This document shows positions 8,037-18,153 of a stretch of DNA of 64,000 nucleotides, piece by piece. The notes under the pieces are model-generated. The model was not told where the DNA came from and did not search any database. It worked only from the letters and a program-made list of their open reading frames with translations. A program made the translations under genes and the position numbers. The stretch covers positions 928,001-992,000 of the forward strand of contig CAVUKA010000001.1 of the NCBI GenBank assembly GCA_963741945.1, in the 5' to 3' direction. The DNA is from an uncultured Gemmatimonadales bacterium. Its GTDB lineage: Bacteria; Gemmatimonadota; Gemmatimonadetes; Longimicrobiales; RSA9. Position 1 is the stretch's first letter. Each line of letters begins with the position of its first letter.

Positions 8037-8654
8037 ATGAGAAGGAACGGCAAGGTCCTGGTGGTGGACGACGAGGAAGCCGTCCGCACGAGCTGGAACC
8101 GCTACCTGTCGGAGCGCGACTTCGACGTGACGACGGCGGAAGACGGGAAGGTGGCCATGGACTGGCTCGCGCGTGAGCCGGTGGATGTGGTGGTTGCCGA
8201 CCTGAAGATGCCGACTGTGAGCGGGATCGAGCTGCTGGAGTGGATGAAGGGTGAGGCGCCGGACACCCCGTTCATCCTGTTGACGGGTTTCGGGAACGAT
8301 GACGTGAAGCGTCGGGTGCGGGAGCTCGGCGGGTTCGAGTACCTGGACAAGCCGGTGAGTCCGGAGGTACTGGCGGCCGTCGTCACGGCGGCCATGTTGA
8401 AGAAGGAGCAGGAGGAGTCGGCCGCGGCGGAGGCCGAGGCGGTGTCGCCGATGCGGGCGGAGCCGGAGCTGACGGAGTCGTCGGAAGCCGAGCGTGGTGC
8501 CATGGGCAGCACGGGCGAGGTCTTAACCGGCCTGGTGGTGGCGCCGATACTGGGTCTGGCGTTCGTGATGTTCCTGCCGGTGATCGGCTTCGCGGCGTTC
8601 TTCAAGGTCGCGGCGGAAGCAGTGAGCAAGCGGTTCAAGCCAGCGAACACGTGA
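8037..8654 (+). CDS. Response regulator receiver domain with acidic linker and C-terminal hydrophobic (membrane) segment
   Basis: [34 protein letters not shown]; tail LVVAPILGLAFVMFLPVIGFAAFF. Confidence 0.88.
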   Translation: MRRNGKVLVVDDEEAVRTSWNRYLSERDFDVTTAEDGKVAMDWLAREPVDVVVADLKMPTVSGIELLEWMKGEAPDTPFILLTGFGNDDVKRRVRELGGFEYLDKPVSPEVLAAVVTAAMLKKEQEESAAAEAEAVSPMRAEPELTESSEAERGAMGSTGEVLTGLVVAPILGLAFVMFLPVIGFAAFFKVAAEAVSKRFKPANT

Positions 8655-8678
8655 GCCTGAGAAGCTGAGGAGAAGGTG

Positions 8679-10934
8679 ATGAGCGGATCCATGCGAGGGG
8701 CGGCCGGGGGTGCGGTAGTGCTGCTCCTCATGCTCCTGGGGGAGGGGGTCGGCGCCGGCGCGGTCCGAGCGCAGACGCCTCAGCAGAAGTACGTGGAAGG
8801 CGCGTGTGCGTCGTGCCACGACAGCGACGCGGTGCTGCGGGCGCAGGCGCTCCCGCATGCGAGCTCGGTGTCGTGCCTCGACTGCCACCACATGGGGCTC
8901 CAGACCACGAGCCGGGCTGCGCTGAAGGCCCGGCAGCTGGACGCCTGCCGCAGCTGTCATGAGACGGAAGCGGCCGAGACCGGGCACGGAGCGGGGGACG
9001 CGACGTGCCTGGACTGCCATGTGATCCATGGCGAGCCGCGGCTGGATTGGGCGAAGAAGAGTCTCTCCGCCCGGTGCGCGTCGTGCCACGATACTCCGCA
9101 CAAGCTCCACACCGGCGTCGAGGCGGGAGCACCGCTGTGCGTGGACTGTCATGATGTCCACCATACGCGGCAGCGGGCGGCGCAAGAGGAAGTGCGCACG
9201 GCAGCGGCGACCGGCGACGTTTCCGAGGTTTCCGCGGGGGAAACCCCGCCGATGATTTCGGCGTGTGTGTCGTGTCACGAGGACGTCCATCCGTCGCATC
9301 CCAAGAAGGGGCGGGACGCGGTCGACTGCGTGCAGTGCCACGACCCGGACGCGGCCGAGCCGGTGGCGCGCGACAGTGTCCGTCTGGCGGCGGCGTGTGC
9401 CAGCTGCCACGAGGACGCGCACCGGACACACCAGGGCGTTGGAGAGGGTGCGCCGCTGTGCATAGACTGTCACTCGTTCGCGAACGACCCTCCCATCACC
9501 GAGCTCCCGGTGGCCGTGATCGCGGACCGCTGCGCGGTGTGCCACCCGGACGCCATGCAGGAATACCTGAGGGGGGGCCACTCCGTGGGGCTGACGTCGC
9601 ACGCTTCGCACAAGAGCGTCCCCACCTGCCTGACGTGCCACGTGGACATGCTGGAGGGGGAGACGAACCGCGCGCCGAACCGCATGGCGGCGGCGAGCAC
9701 GTGCATCGGCTGCCACAGCAACAAGAAGCTGGCGGAGACGTACGGACTGTCCACGACCGTGGTGACGTCGTACGAGGACGACTATCACGGCACGACGCTC
9801 GGCTTCATGAAGGCAGCCGGGTCGGCCGACTCCGTGGCCGTGCTCACCTGCGAAGACTGCCACGGCGCACACGCGGTGGGCTGGAGCAAGGAGAAGGTGG
9901 TGAGCGAGGTGTGCGAGCGCTGCCACAAGAACGCCAGCCCGAAGCTGGCGGGCGCGTGGCTCGGCCATGAGCCTCCTGGCCCGCACAACCAGCTGCCCAC
10001 GTGGCTGGTCAGCATGTTCTACTATTTCCTGATTCCCTTCATGCTGATCGGGCTCTCCCTGATCATCCTCTACGAGGCGCTCCATGGGCAGCGCCACCGG
10101 GCGTGGTCACGGAAGGTCCGCTCCATCTGGGCGCGCCTCACGGGGAAGCAGACCGAGCGGCCGCGGATGATCAGGCGCTTCACGGTGTGGGAGCAGCTGC
10201 AACACGCCCTGGGGTTGACCACCTTCATCACACTCGTGGTCACGGGGTTGCCGCAGCTCCGGCCCGACCTGGCCACGGCCGATGCCATCATCGGGTTCTT
10301 CGGCGGAATCGGAACTACGCGGCTGGTCCACCGGATCGCGGGGTTCTCCTTCGCGACCCTGCTGGTCGTGCACGTCGGGCTCGCCATCGTGAACGCGATC
10401 CGCAAGCGCCGGATGCCGATCATGCTTCCCACGCTCGAGGACTTCGACAAGGCCGTCGGCACGGTCCGTCACTTCATCGAGAGCACGCCCAGGCCGAAGG
10501 TCGGGAAGTTCGACTTCGCGCAGAAGTTCGAATATGGCGGCCTGCTCATGGGCGGCCTGGTCATGACGTTCACCGGGATCGCCCTGGTCTGGCCGGAAGT
10601 GGCCACGCGCCTGCTCCCGGGCGAGTGGATGGCGGCCATGCGCACCATGCACGGCTACGAGGCCACGTTCGCCACGCTCGTGGTGGTCCTCTGGCACTCG
10701 TGGGGAGTGATCTTCCGGCCGGAGATCTTCCCGCTCGACACGTCGATCTTCACCGGCAAGGTGAGCGTGGAGCGGCTGAGGGAGGAGCACTGGCTGGAGT
10801 ACGCGCGCCTCTTCCCGGAGGAGGCGGCTAAGGAAGCCGCGCAGGAAGCCGCAGAGCGCGCGGCCGGTGAAACATCGGGTCGGGGGGGTGCAGGCAGTGA
10901 GAAGGCGGTGCCGGACGCGCCGCCGAACGCCTGA
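8679..10934 (+). CDS. Multiheme cytochrome c (15 CXXCH) fused to a C-terminal cytochrome b membrane domain (CbcL/FdnI-like)
   Basis: Signal peptide ending AVRA; 15 CXXCH motifs counted; one TM linker then 4 TMs with His in QLQH, LVHR, VVHV, TMHG, LWHS; KFDFAQKFEY motif. Confidence 0.92.
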   Translation: MSGSMRGAAGGAVVLLLMLLGEGVGAGAVRAQTPQQKYVEGACASCHDSDAVLRAQALPHASSVSCLDCHHMGLQTTSRAALKARQLDACRSCHETEAAETGHGAGDATCLDCHVIHGEPRLDWAKKSLSARCASCHDTPHKLHTGVEAGAPLCVDCHDVHHTRQRAAQEEVRTAAATGDVSEVSAGETPPMISACVSCHEDVHPSHPKKGRDAVDCVQCHDPDAAEPVARDSVRLAAACASCHEDAHRTHQGVGEGAPLCIDCHSFANDPPITELPVAVIADRCAVCHPDAMQEYLRGGHSVGLTSHASHKSVPTCLTCHVDMLEGETNRAPNRMAAASTCIGCHSNKKLAETYGLSTTVVTSYEDDYHGTTLGFMKAAGSADSVAVLTCEDCHGAHAVGWSKEKVVSEVCERCHKNASPKLAGAWLGHEPPGPHNQLPTWLVSMFYYFLIPFMLIGLSLIILYEALHGQRHRAWSRKVRSIWARLTGKQTERPRMIRRFTVWEQLQHALGLTTFITLVVTGLPQLRPDLATADAIIGFFGGIGTTRLVHRIAGFSFATLLVVHVGLAIVNAIRKRRMPIMLPTLEDFDKAVGTVRHFIESTPRPKVGKFDFAQKFEYGGLLMGGLVMTFTGIALVWPEVATRLLPGEWMAAMRTMHGYEATFATLVVVLWHSWGVIFRPEIFPLDTSIFTGKVSVERLREEHWLEYARLFPEEAAKEAAQEAAERAAGETSGRGGAGSEKAVPDAPPNA

Positions 10935-10965
10935 CGCCCGCGAGCCCCTGGCGACGCATGGATCC

Positions 10966-10996
10966 GGGCCCGCCGACCGTCACGGTCGGCGGGCCC
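10966..10996. terminator. Strong hairpin between convergent genes, probable bidirectional terminator
   Basis: GGGCCCGCCGACCGT-C-ACGGTCGGCGGGCCC perfect inverted repeat; no U-tract. Confidence 0.65.
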
Positions 10997-11002
10997 TCGC
11001 CG

Positions 11003-12292
<1,290 letters not shown>

Positions 12293-12299
12293 GCGGTGA

Positions 12300-13502
12300 C
12301 TATGGCCCGCCGTCGCGCTCCCCCGCAAGACGCGATTTCCCGTCCGATGCCAGCATGCGCATCGCGGCGGCGAGCAGGGTCGCGCCATCGGCCGCTCCCC
12401 GGCCGTCCAGCCGCTCCGCGGAGTCGCCCGGACGATGCACGCGCAGGAGCGAGCGGCGACGGCCTCGCAGCACCGTGAGGGCGGGGAAGCCGGCAGCGGC
12501 GAGCGGCACGTGGTCCGCGGTGAGCAAGCGCGGCAGCCGTTGCCGCCGCACGGGCAGCTCCAGCGCGCTCGCCGCGGTCAGGAGCGCCGCGGCCAGGTGA
12601 GGCGCGCTCCCCCGCCGCCGGGCCCAGCCGTATCCCTCGGCCACGTAGAAGGGGCCCTCGTCGTCCAGGCCGTCCACGTTGATCACGCCCTGCACCGGTG
12701 GCAGCCGGGTGGCCACGTCGCGGGCACCGGCAAGGTCCATCTCCTCGGCATCGGTGATCAGGAACGCGATGTCGCCCCGTTCCTCCCGCTTGGCCACAGC
12801 CAGCAGCGCGGCCAGGCCGGAAGCGTTGTCCAGCGCCCCCGGGGAGCTGTTGCTCACCCGACCGCCGGCGAGCACGATGCCGCACGCCACCAGCACGCCG
12901 CCCGCCGCGATCTGTGGAGCGCCGAGACCACCCACGCCGACCAGCTCCAGCGCCGCGAGCGCCACCAGTCCGAGCCAGGCCGCCACGGCCCCGGACGCCG
13001 CCAGGCCGCGCGCCAGCGTCGGGATGCTCTGCCCTTTCGAGTCGCGGTGCGCCATGAGGATCCATCCCGGCCGGCGGCCGGGGCGCCGGAAGAGCAGATT
13101 GGCGCCCCGAACGCGCGCCCACGGGAGGCGTCTCGTGGCCAGACTCCCCAGCGCGATCGGCAGGAGGGCCAGCGCGAGCGTCGCGCCGAGCACGGCGAGT
13201 GCGGACACGGCGAGGCCGGTGCGCAGGAGCCACGTGGCCGCCACGCCGCCGAGGACGATCGCGACCGCGGACGCCATCAGGCCGAAGCGGCCATGGAGCG
13301 TGGAAAAGGAGAATTCGAGCGTTTCCGCTTCGTACCCGAGCGCGGCGAAGCGCTCACGGAGTTCGGCCTCCACGGCATCCGCCCCCTCCGAGCCGCAAAG
13401 GCGGGGTCGAGCCAGCGCCCGCACGTGGTCGCGGATCTCGGAACGGTCGGTGGGCGGGACTTCGGCGGCCTGCGCGCGGGCTTCCTGGATATCGATCGGC
13501 AT
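12300..13502 (-). CDS. M28-family metallopeptidase with inserted transmembrane segments
   Basis: AHRDS, GALDNASG, TDAEE, ADH, VHRPGD metal-site motifs; four hydrophobic helices. Confidence 0.8.
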   Translation of the reverse strand: MPIDIQEARAQAAEVPPTDRSEIRDHVRALARPRLCGSEGADAVEAELRERFAALGYEAETLEFSFSTLHGRFGLMASAVAIVLGGVAATWLLRTGLAVSALAVLGATLALALLPIALGSLATRRLPWARVRGANLLFRRPGRRPGWILMAHRDSKGQSIPTLARGLAASGAVAAWLGLVALAALELVGVGGLGAPQIAAGGVLVACGIVLAGGRVSNSSPGALDNASGLAALLAVAKREERGDIAFLITDAEEMDLAGARDVATRLPPVQGVINVDGLDDEGPFYVAEGYGWARRRGSAPHLAAALLTAASALELPVRRQRLPRLLTADHVPLAAAGFPALTVLRGRRRSLLRVHRPGDSAERLDGRGAADGATLLAAAMRMLASDGKSRLAGERDGGP

Positions 13503-13523
13503 GACCCCGGCGTTCGGTTGACC

Positions 13524-14456
13524 TCAGATCAACCCTGCCTCCTGCATCACCCGGGCCACGCCGGCGCGCTGCTTCTCGCTCAGCGGGCTCAGCGGCGGCC
13601 TGGGCGGGCCGCCTTCCCAGCCGAGGAGGTCCAGTCCGGCCTTCACGCCCCGGGCCCCGAACGCCGCCACGATGTCCCGGTGAGCCGGGGTGAGCCGCTC
13701 CTGGATTGCGCCGGCCTCCCGCAGCCGACCCGCCCGGAAGTGCTCCAGCATCTCGCCATATTCCACCGGAGCGAGGAGCCCGAGGGCGACGATGCCGCCC
13801 GCGGCTCCCATTTCGAGCGCCGCGTAAAGCAACGCGCCACTGCCCACGAACAGCTGGCATGAGCCGTCGCAGGCCTCCGTGTACTCGGCGAAGCGCTTCA
13901 GGTCCCCGGAAGAATCCTTGATCCCCGCGATGTTGGGGTGGCGAGCGAGCTCCCCCATGAGGCCGGGATCGAGGGTGACGTGGGTGAACTTCGGCATGTG
14001 GTACACCAGCACGGGCACCGGCGATGCGTCGGCGACGGCCGTGTAGTGGTCACGCAGGTCCGCGGCGGACAGGGACACGCCGAAGTACGACGGCGGATGC
14101 ACCAGCACGGCGTCCACGCCGGCGTCGGCGAAGCGCTTCGCTCGCCGGACCACTCCGCGCGTCGACTCGGCGCCCGCCCCGGCCACGAGCGGCCGCATGG
14201 ATGGAATCACGTCGCGTGCGTATTCCGTCAGGCGCACCATCTCGTCTTCGTCCAGCAACGCCCCTTCACCCGTGGAGCCGAAGACCACGAATCCGTCGAT
14301 GGGAGTCTGCAGCCACCGGCGCAAGCTGTCGCGGAAGCTCACCGGGGCGATATCGCCCGTCACGGGGTCGAACGGCGTCGTCACGGGGACGAACAGGCCG
14401 GACAGCCACCCGTGGTCCGTTTCGCCTCGGCTCCGCTCCTCCGCTCGCTCAGGCAA
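13524..14456 (-). CDS. Dihydrodipicolinate synthase-family aldolase (DapA paralogue)
   Basis: PVTTPF, GSTGE, VYHMP, GIKDSSG Schiff-base Lys. Confidence 0.88.
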   Translation of the reverse strand: MPERAEERSRGETDHGWLSGLFVPVTTPFDPVTGDIAPVSFRDSLRRWLQTPIDGFVVFGSTGEGALLDEDEMVRLTEYARDVIPSMRPLVAGAGAESTRGVVRRAKRFADAGVDAVLVHPPSYFGVSLSAADLRDHYTAVADASPVPVLVYHMPKFTHVTLDPGLMGELARHPNIAGIKDSSGDLKRFAEYTEACDGSCQLFVGSGALLYAALEMGAAGGIVALGLLAPVEYGEMLEHFRAGRLREAGAIQERLTPAHRDIVAAFGARGVKAGLDLLGWEGGPPRPPLSPLSEKQRAGVARVMQEAGLI

Positions 14457-15510
14457 GGGTCCTCATCTTCAGCTCGAAGTCCGATGGGTTGCTGGCCGCC
14501 TGCTTGGCCACTTCGAAGTCCACCAGGCCCTTGGCCACCAGCTCCGTGAGATGCTGGTCGAAAGTCTGAGACCGGTACTGCTGGCGCCCTTCCGCAATCA
14601 GGTCCGTGATCTCCTCCATCCGCTGCGGATCCAGGATCAGGTCCCGGATGGTGGCCGTGGCGATCATCACTTCCACCGCCGCAATCCGTCCGGACCCGTC
14701 CTTGCGCGGCAGCAGTCGCTGGCTGATCACGGCCTGGATCGTGTCGGCCAGCCGGACGCGCACCATCTCCTGTTCCTCGCGTGGGAACACGGACACCACG
14801 CGCGTCAGCGTCTTCACCGCGTTCTGCGTGTGCAGCGTCGAAAACACAAGGTGCCCGGTTTCCGCCGCCTTCAGCGCGATGTCGATGGTCTCGGTGTCGC
14901 GCATCTCGCCCACGAGGATCGTGTCAGGGTCCTCGCGCAGCGCTGCCCGCAGCCCCTTGTTGAACGACTCCGTGTCCGTGCCCACTTCCCGCTGCGTGAT
15001 GGAGCTCATGTTGTCCCTGTGCAGGAACTCGATGGGATCCTCCAGCGTCAGGATGTGGTGGGATCGGTGGTTGTTCACGTGGTTCAGCATGGCCGCGAGC
15101 GTCGTGCTCTTCCCCGCGCCCGTGATCCCCGTGACCAGCACCATCCCCCGGTTCGACAGCGCGATGTCCGACAAGACATCGGGGAGCGCCAGCTCCTCCA
15201 TCGTCGGGATCTCCACCGGGATCACCCGCATGATGATCCCCATCGTCCCGCGCTGCCGCAGCACGTTCACCCGGAAGCGGCCCACGCCGGGCGCCCCCCA
15301 GGAGCAGTCGTAGTCTCGCAGCTTGTCGATGTTGCCCCGCTCCCATTCGGGAACGAGCTGCTGGGCCAGCTGGCGTGTCTGCGCCGGCGAGACCTGCTGC
15401 TTCGTGATCGGGACCAGGTCGCCATACACGCGCGCCCGGATGTAGTCACCCGCCTTGATGTGGATGTCCGACGCGCCACGGCGGATGGCGCTTTTCAGGA
15501 TCTCGATCAT
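14449..15510 (-). CDS. pilT: PilT/PilU-family type IV pilus retraction ATPase
   Basis: ASDIH, GITGAGKSTT, TLEDPIE, ALREDPD, GEMRD, AETGHLVFSTLHT. Confidence 0.92.
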   Translation of the reverse strand: MIEILKSAIRRGASDIHIKAGDYIRARVYGDLVPITKQQVSPAQTRQLAQQLVPEWERGNIDKLRDYDCSWGAPGVGRFRVNVLRQRGTMGIIMRVIPVEIPTMEELALPDVLSDIALSNRGMVLVTGITGAGKSTTLAAMLNHVNNHRSHHILTLEDPIEFLHRDNMSSITQREVGTDTESFNKGLRAALREDPDTILVGEMRDTETIDIALKAAETGHLVFSTLHTQNAVKTLTRVVSVFPREEQEMVRVRLADTIQAVISQRLLPRKDGSGRIAAVEVMIATATIRDLILDPQRMEEITDLIAEGRQQYRSQTFDQHLTELVAKGLVDFEVAKQAASNPSDFELKMRTLA

Positions 15511-15548
15511 GGCTTCAGATGTGAGAGGATCCGGGGATGAGACACAAG

Positions 15549-16580
15549 TTAATAGCCTTCAGCCACATCGACCACGTTCAGCAGGGGGCGTCCGCTGACC
15601 CAGCGGTCGACGTTCTCCCGGACCAGCCCCAGCTCACGCTCCCAGAATGCGTGGCTGTAGCCCGACGTGTGCGGTGTCACCAGGGCCCCCGGCGCGGCCC
15701 AGAGGGGGTGGTCGGGTGGCAGCGGCTCCTGCTGGAATACGTCCAGGGCGGCCCCCCGGAGGCGGCCATCCCGCAGCGCGTCCGCCAGCGCCTCCTCATC
15801 CACGATGCCTCCCCGCGATACGTTCACCAGCACGGCATCAGGGCGCATGCGCGCGATCCGGTCGGCATCCATGAGCCCGTGCGTGGCCGCGGTTTCCGGC
15901 AGCGCCAGGACCACGTAGTGGCTGCGGGCGAGGAGCGTCTCCAGGGCGTCGTCGCCCGCGAGAACATCGACCCCGTCCACTCCTTCGGACCGCCCGGGAT
16001 GCCGCCGCGTGGCCACGACGTTCGCTCCGAACGCGCGTGCCCGCGTCGCCACGGCGCGCCCGATCCCGCCGAAGCCAATGATCCCCACCGTGCTCCGACC
16101 GAGCTCGCGAACCGGCGACGCCTCACGGTCGAACCAGCGCTTGTCCCAGCGCCGCTTCCGCTGGTTCGACACGGCGGTGTCCAGTCCACGGGCGAAATAC
16201 AGCAGGTATCCCAGAACGGTCTCGGCCACGGGGACCGCATGGATGCCCGCGGAGTTGGTGAATACCAGGTCCCGTGCGCGCAGCTCGGGCGTGAGGGAGC
16301 CGCGCACGCCGGCCGCCGCGCTGTGGACCCAGCGCAGGGATCGACCCGCGCGGAGGAGGGCCGCGGGGATGCCGAAGCCCACGTAGACCTCGGCCCCCTC
16401 CACCGCGTTCAGCGAGGCGGCCGAAGCCCCATCGGCGCCATCGCCCCTGCCATCCGCGGGAGCGTCCACGACCACGAGCTCCCACTCCTCTGGCAGCGCG
16501 GTCCGGAGCTCCTCCACGAGAACGGGCGGCAGCGTGAAGATCGGCCGCGCGTCCGCCAGGTCGACCACGAGGCGGGGCAT
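15549..16580 (-). CDS. D-2-hydroxyacid dehydrogenase family protein
   Basis: GIIGFGGIG, NVSRGGIVDE, AALDVF..EPL, TPHTSG. Confidence 0.92.
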   Translation of the reverse strand: MPRLVVDLADARPIFTLPPVLVEELRTALPEEWELVVVDAPADGRGDGADGASAASLNAVEGAEVYVGFGIPAALLRAGRSLRWVHSAAAGVRGSLTPELRARDLVFTNSAGIHAVPVAETVLGYLLYFARGLDTAVSNQRKRRWDKRWFDREASPVRELGRSTVGIIGFGGIGRAVATRARAFGANVVATRRHPGRSEGVDGVDVLAGDDALETLLARSHYVVLALPETAATHGLMDADRIARMRPDAVLVNVSRGGIVDEEALADALRDGRLRGAALDVFQQEPLPPDHPLWAAPGALVTPHTSGYSHAFWERELGLVRENVDRWVSGRPLLNVVDVAEGY

Positions 16581-17260
16581 CAGCGACGCGCCACCCGCTC
16601 GACGCCCTCGATCTCCAGCAGGCGCTGCACGAGGGCGGCCGCGTTCCGGCCCGGGCCGATGACGCGGTACTCCAGCGTGAGGTGATGCTCGCCCCGCTCA
16701 GCTTCGGACAGATGGTACTCGAAGGAGCCGGCCAGCGTCGACTCTACACGCGGCACGACGTCCGTGCCCAGTGCGGCGGTGATCTGGACCACGTGCTCCT
16801 CCCGCCGCCGCAGCGCTGGCTCGATCTGCGCCAGCACCAGCAGCGCCACGATCACGAGTGCGGTGGCCACGACGGCATCGCCGTACGCCCCCGCGCCGAC
16901 GGCCATCCCGATGGCCGCCACCACCCAGAGCGTGGCCGCCGTGGTCAGCCCTATCACGGAACCGCGCGACTGGATGATCGTCCCCGCCCCCAGGAATCCG
17001 ATCCCGCTCACGATCTGGGCGGCGATCCGCCCCGGATCCGCCGTTCCCGCCGGGTTCCCCAACGCCGCCACCTCGAGGGACAGCTCGGTCACCAGCGCCG
17101 CCCCCAGGCAGATCAGGAGGTTGGTGCGAAACCCGGCTGGCTTTCCGCTCCATTCCCGCTCCAGCCCGATCATCCCGCCCAGCAGCGCGGCCAGGGCGAG
17201 GCGGCCGAAGAGTTCGGTATGGAGCCAGCCGAGGTCCGCAATTCCAGAGAGCTCCGGCAT
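16580..17260 (-). CDS. MgtC/SapB family membrane protein
   Basis: IGLERE...AGFRT, DPGRIAAQIVSGIGFLGAG, GLTTAA. Confidence 0.93.
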   Translation of the reverse strand: MPELSGIADLGWLHTELFGRLALAALLGGMIGLEREWSGKPAGFRTNLLICLGAALVTELSLEVAALGNPAGTADPGRIAAQIVSGIGFLGAGTIIQSRGSVIGLTTAATLWVVAAIGMAVGAGAYGDAVVATALVIVALLVLAQIEPALRRREEHVVQITAALGTDVVPRVESTLAGSFEYHLSEAERGEHHLTLEYRVIGPGRNAAALVQRLLEIEGVERVARR

Positions 17261-17362
17261 CGGATCCTTTCGCGTGGCTCCAGGGTCGTGCCCGGCCGGT
17301 CACCGGGCTCGGAATATGGGGCTATGCTACCGCACCGCGCGCGCGGGGGCGAGGGGGGCGGC

Positions 17363-18070
17363 TCAGTCGTTCAGGCGCCGCAGCTCTTTCAGCAGGCTCG
17401 TCTTGTCCTTCGTCTTCGCATCCACCTTCTTGATCTCGCGCGCGGGCTGGCCCGCCACCACGGTCATGGGCGGGACGTCCCGCGTCACCACCGCGCCGGC
17501 CGCAACCACGGACCCGCGGCCCACGGTCACCCCCTCGAGCACCACCGCGTTGGCCCCGATCAGGACCTCGTCCTCGATCACCACCGGTTGCGCGCTCGGC
17601 GGCTCCAACACGCCGGCCAGGACCGCGCCCGCACCCACGTGACAGTCCCGACCCACCAGGGCGCGGGCGCCCACCACGCAGTTCATGTCCAGCATGGTCC
17701 CGGCGCCGACCACCGCGCCGACATTCACCACCGCCCCCATCATCCCGATCACCCGCTCGCCGATCTCCGCTCCCGCCCGGATGATGCAGCCGGGCTCGAT
17801 GCGGGCGGGCACCTGTTTCAGGTCCAGCAGCGGGATGGCCGAGTTCCGGCGGTCGTTCGCCACGTGGTAGTACATGACGCTGCCGTGCTCCAGCACCTGT
17901 GCCACCGACTCCCACTCCCCTATCAGGATCGTCGTCCCCGTCCCTGCGGGAAACACCTTGACCCCGTTTCCGGGCTCCACTTCCAGCGTCCCGTCGTGGC
18001 GCACGTGCACCGTGACCGGGGTGCTCTTCTTCGCGTTCGCGATCAGGTCGCGGATCTCCTGATAGTCCAT
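17363..18070 (-). CDS. dapH: Tetrahydrodipicolinate N-acetyltransferase (DapH type)
   Basis: N-terminus EIRDLIANAKKSTPV, DRRNSAIPLLD, ARIEPG, hexapeptide repeats, AGVLEPPSAQPV. Confidence 0.88.
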   Translation of the reverse strand: MDYQEIRDLIANAKKSTPVTVHVRHDGTLEVEPGNGVKVFPAGTGTTILIGEWESVAQVLEHGSVMYYHVANDRRNSAIPLLDLKQVPARIEPGCIIRAGAEIGERVIGMMGAVVNVGAVVGAGTMLDMNCVVGARALVGRDCHVGAGAVLAGVLEPPSAQPVVIEDEVLIGANAVVLEGVTVGRGSVVAAGAVVTRDVPPMTVVAGQPAREIKKVDAKTKDKTSLLKELRRLND

Positions 18071-18153
18071 GGGTTCGGCCTCGTGCTCGTGTTCGGGATC
18101 GTTGTCGGTGCCGCGCGAGCCGCGGGTGAGCCCCGCTCAGGTCCCGGCCGGAC

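Noticed and set aside
12300-13502. M28 peptidase as the missing N-acetyl-DAP deacetylase
   Set aside because: Known deacetylases are soluble M20 enzymes; this protein has several transmembrane helices.
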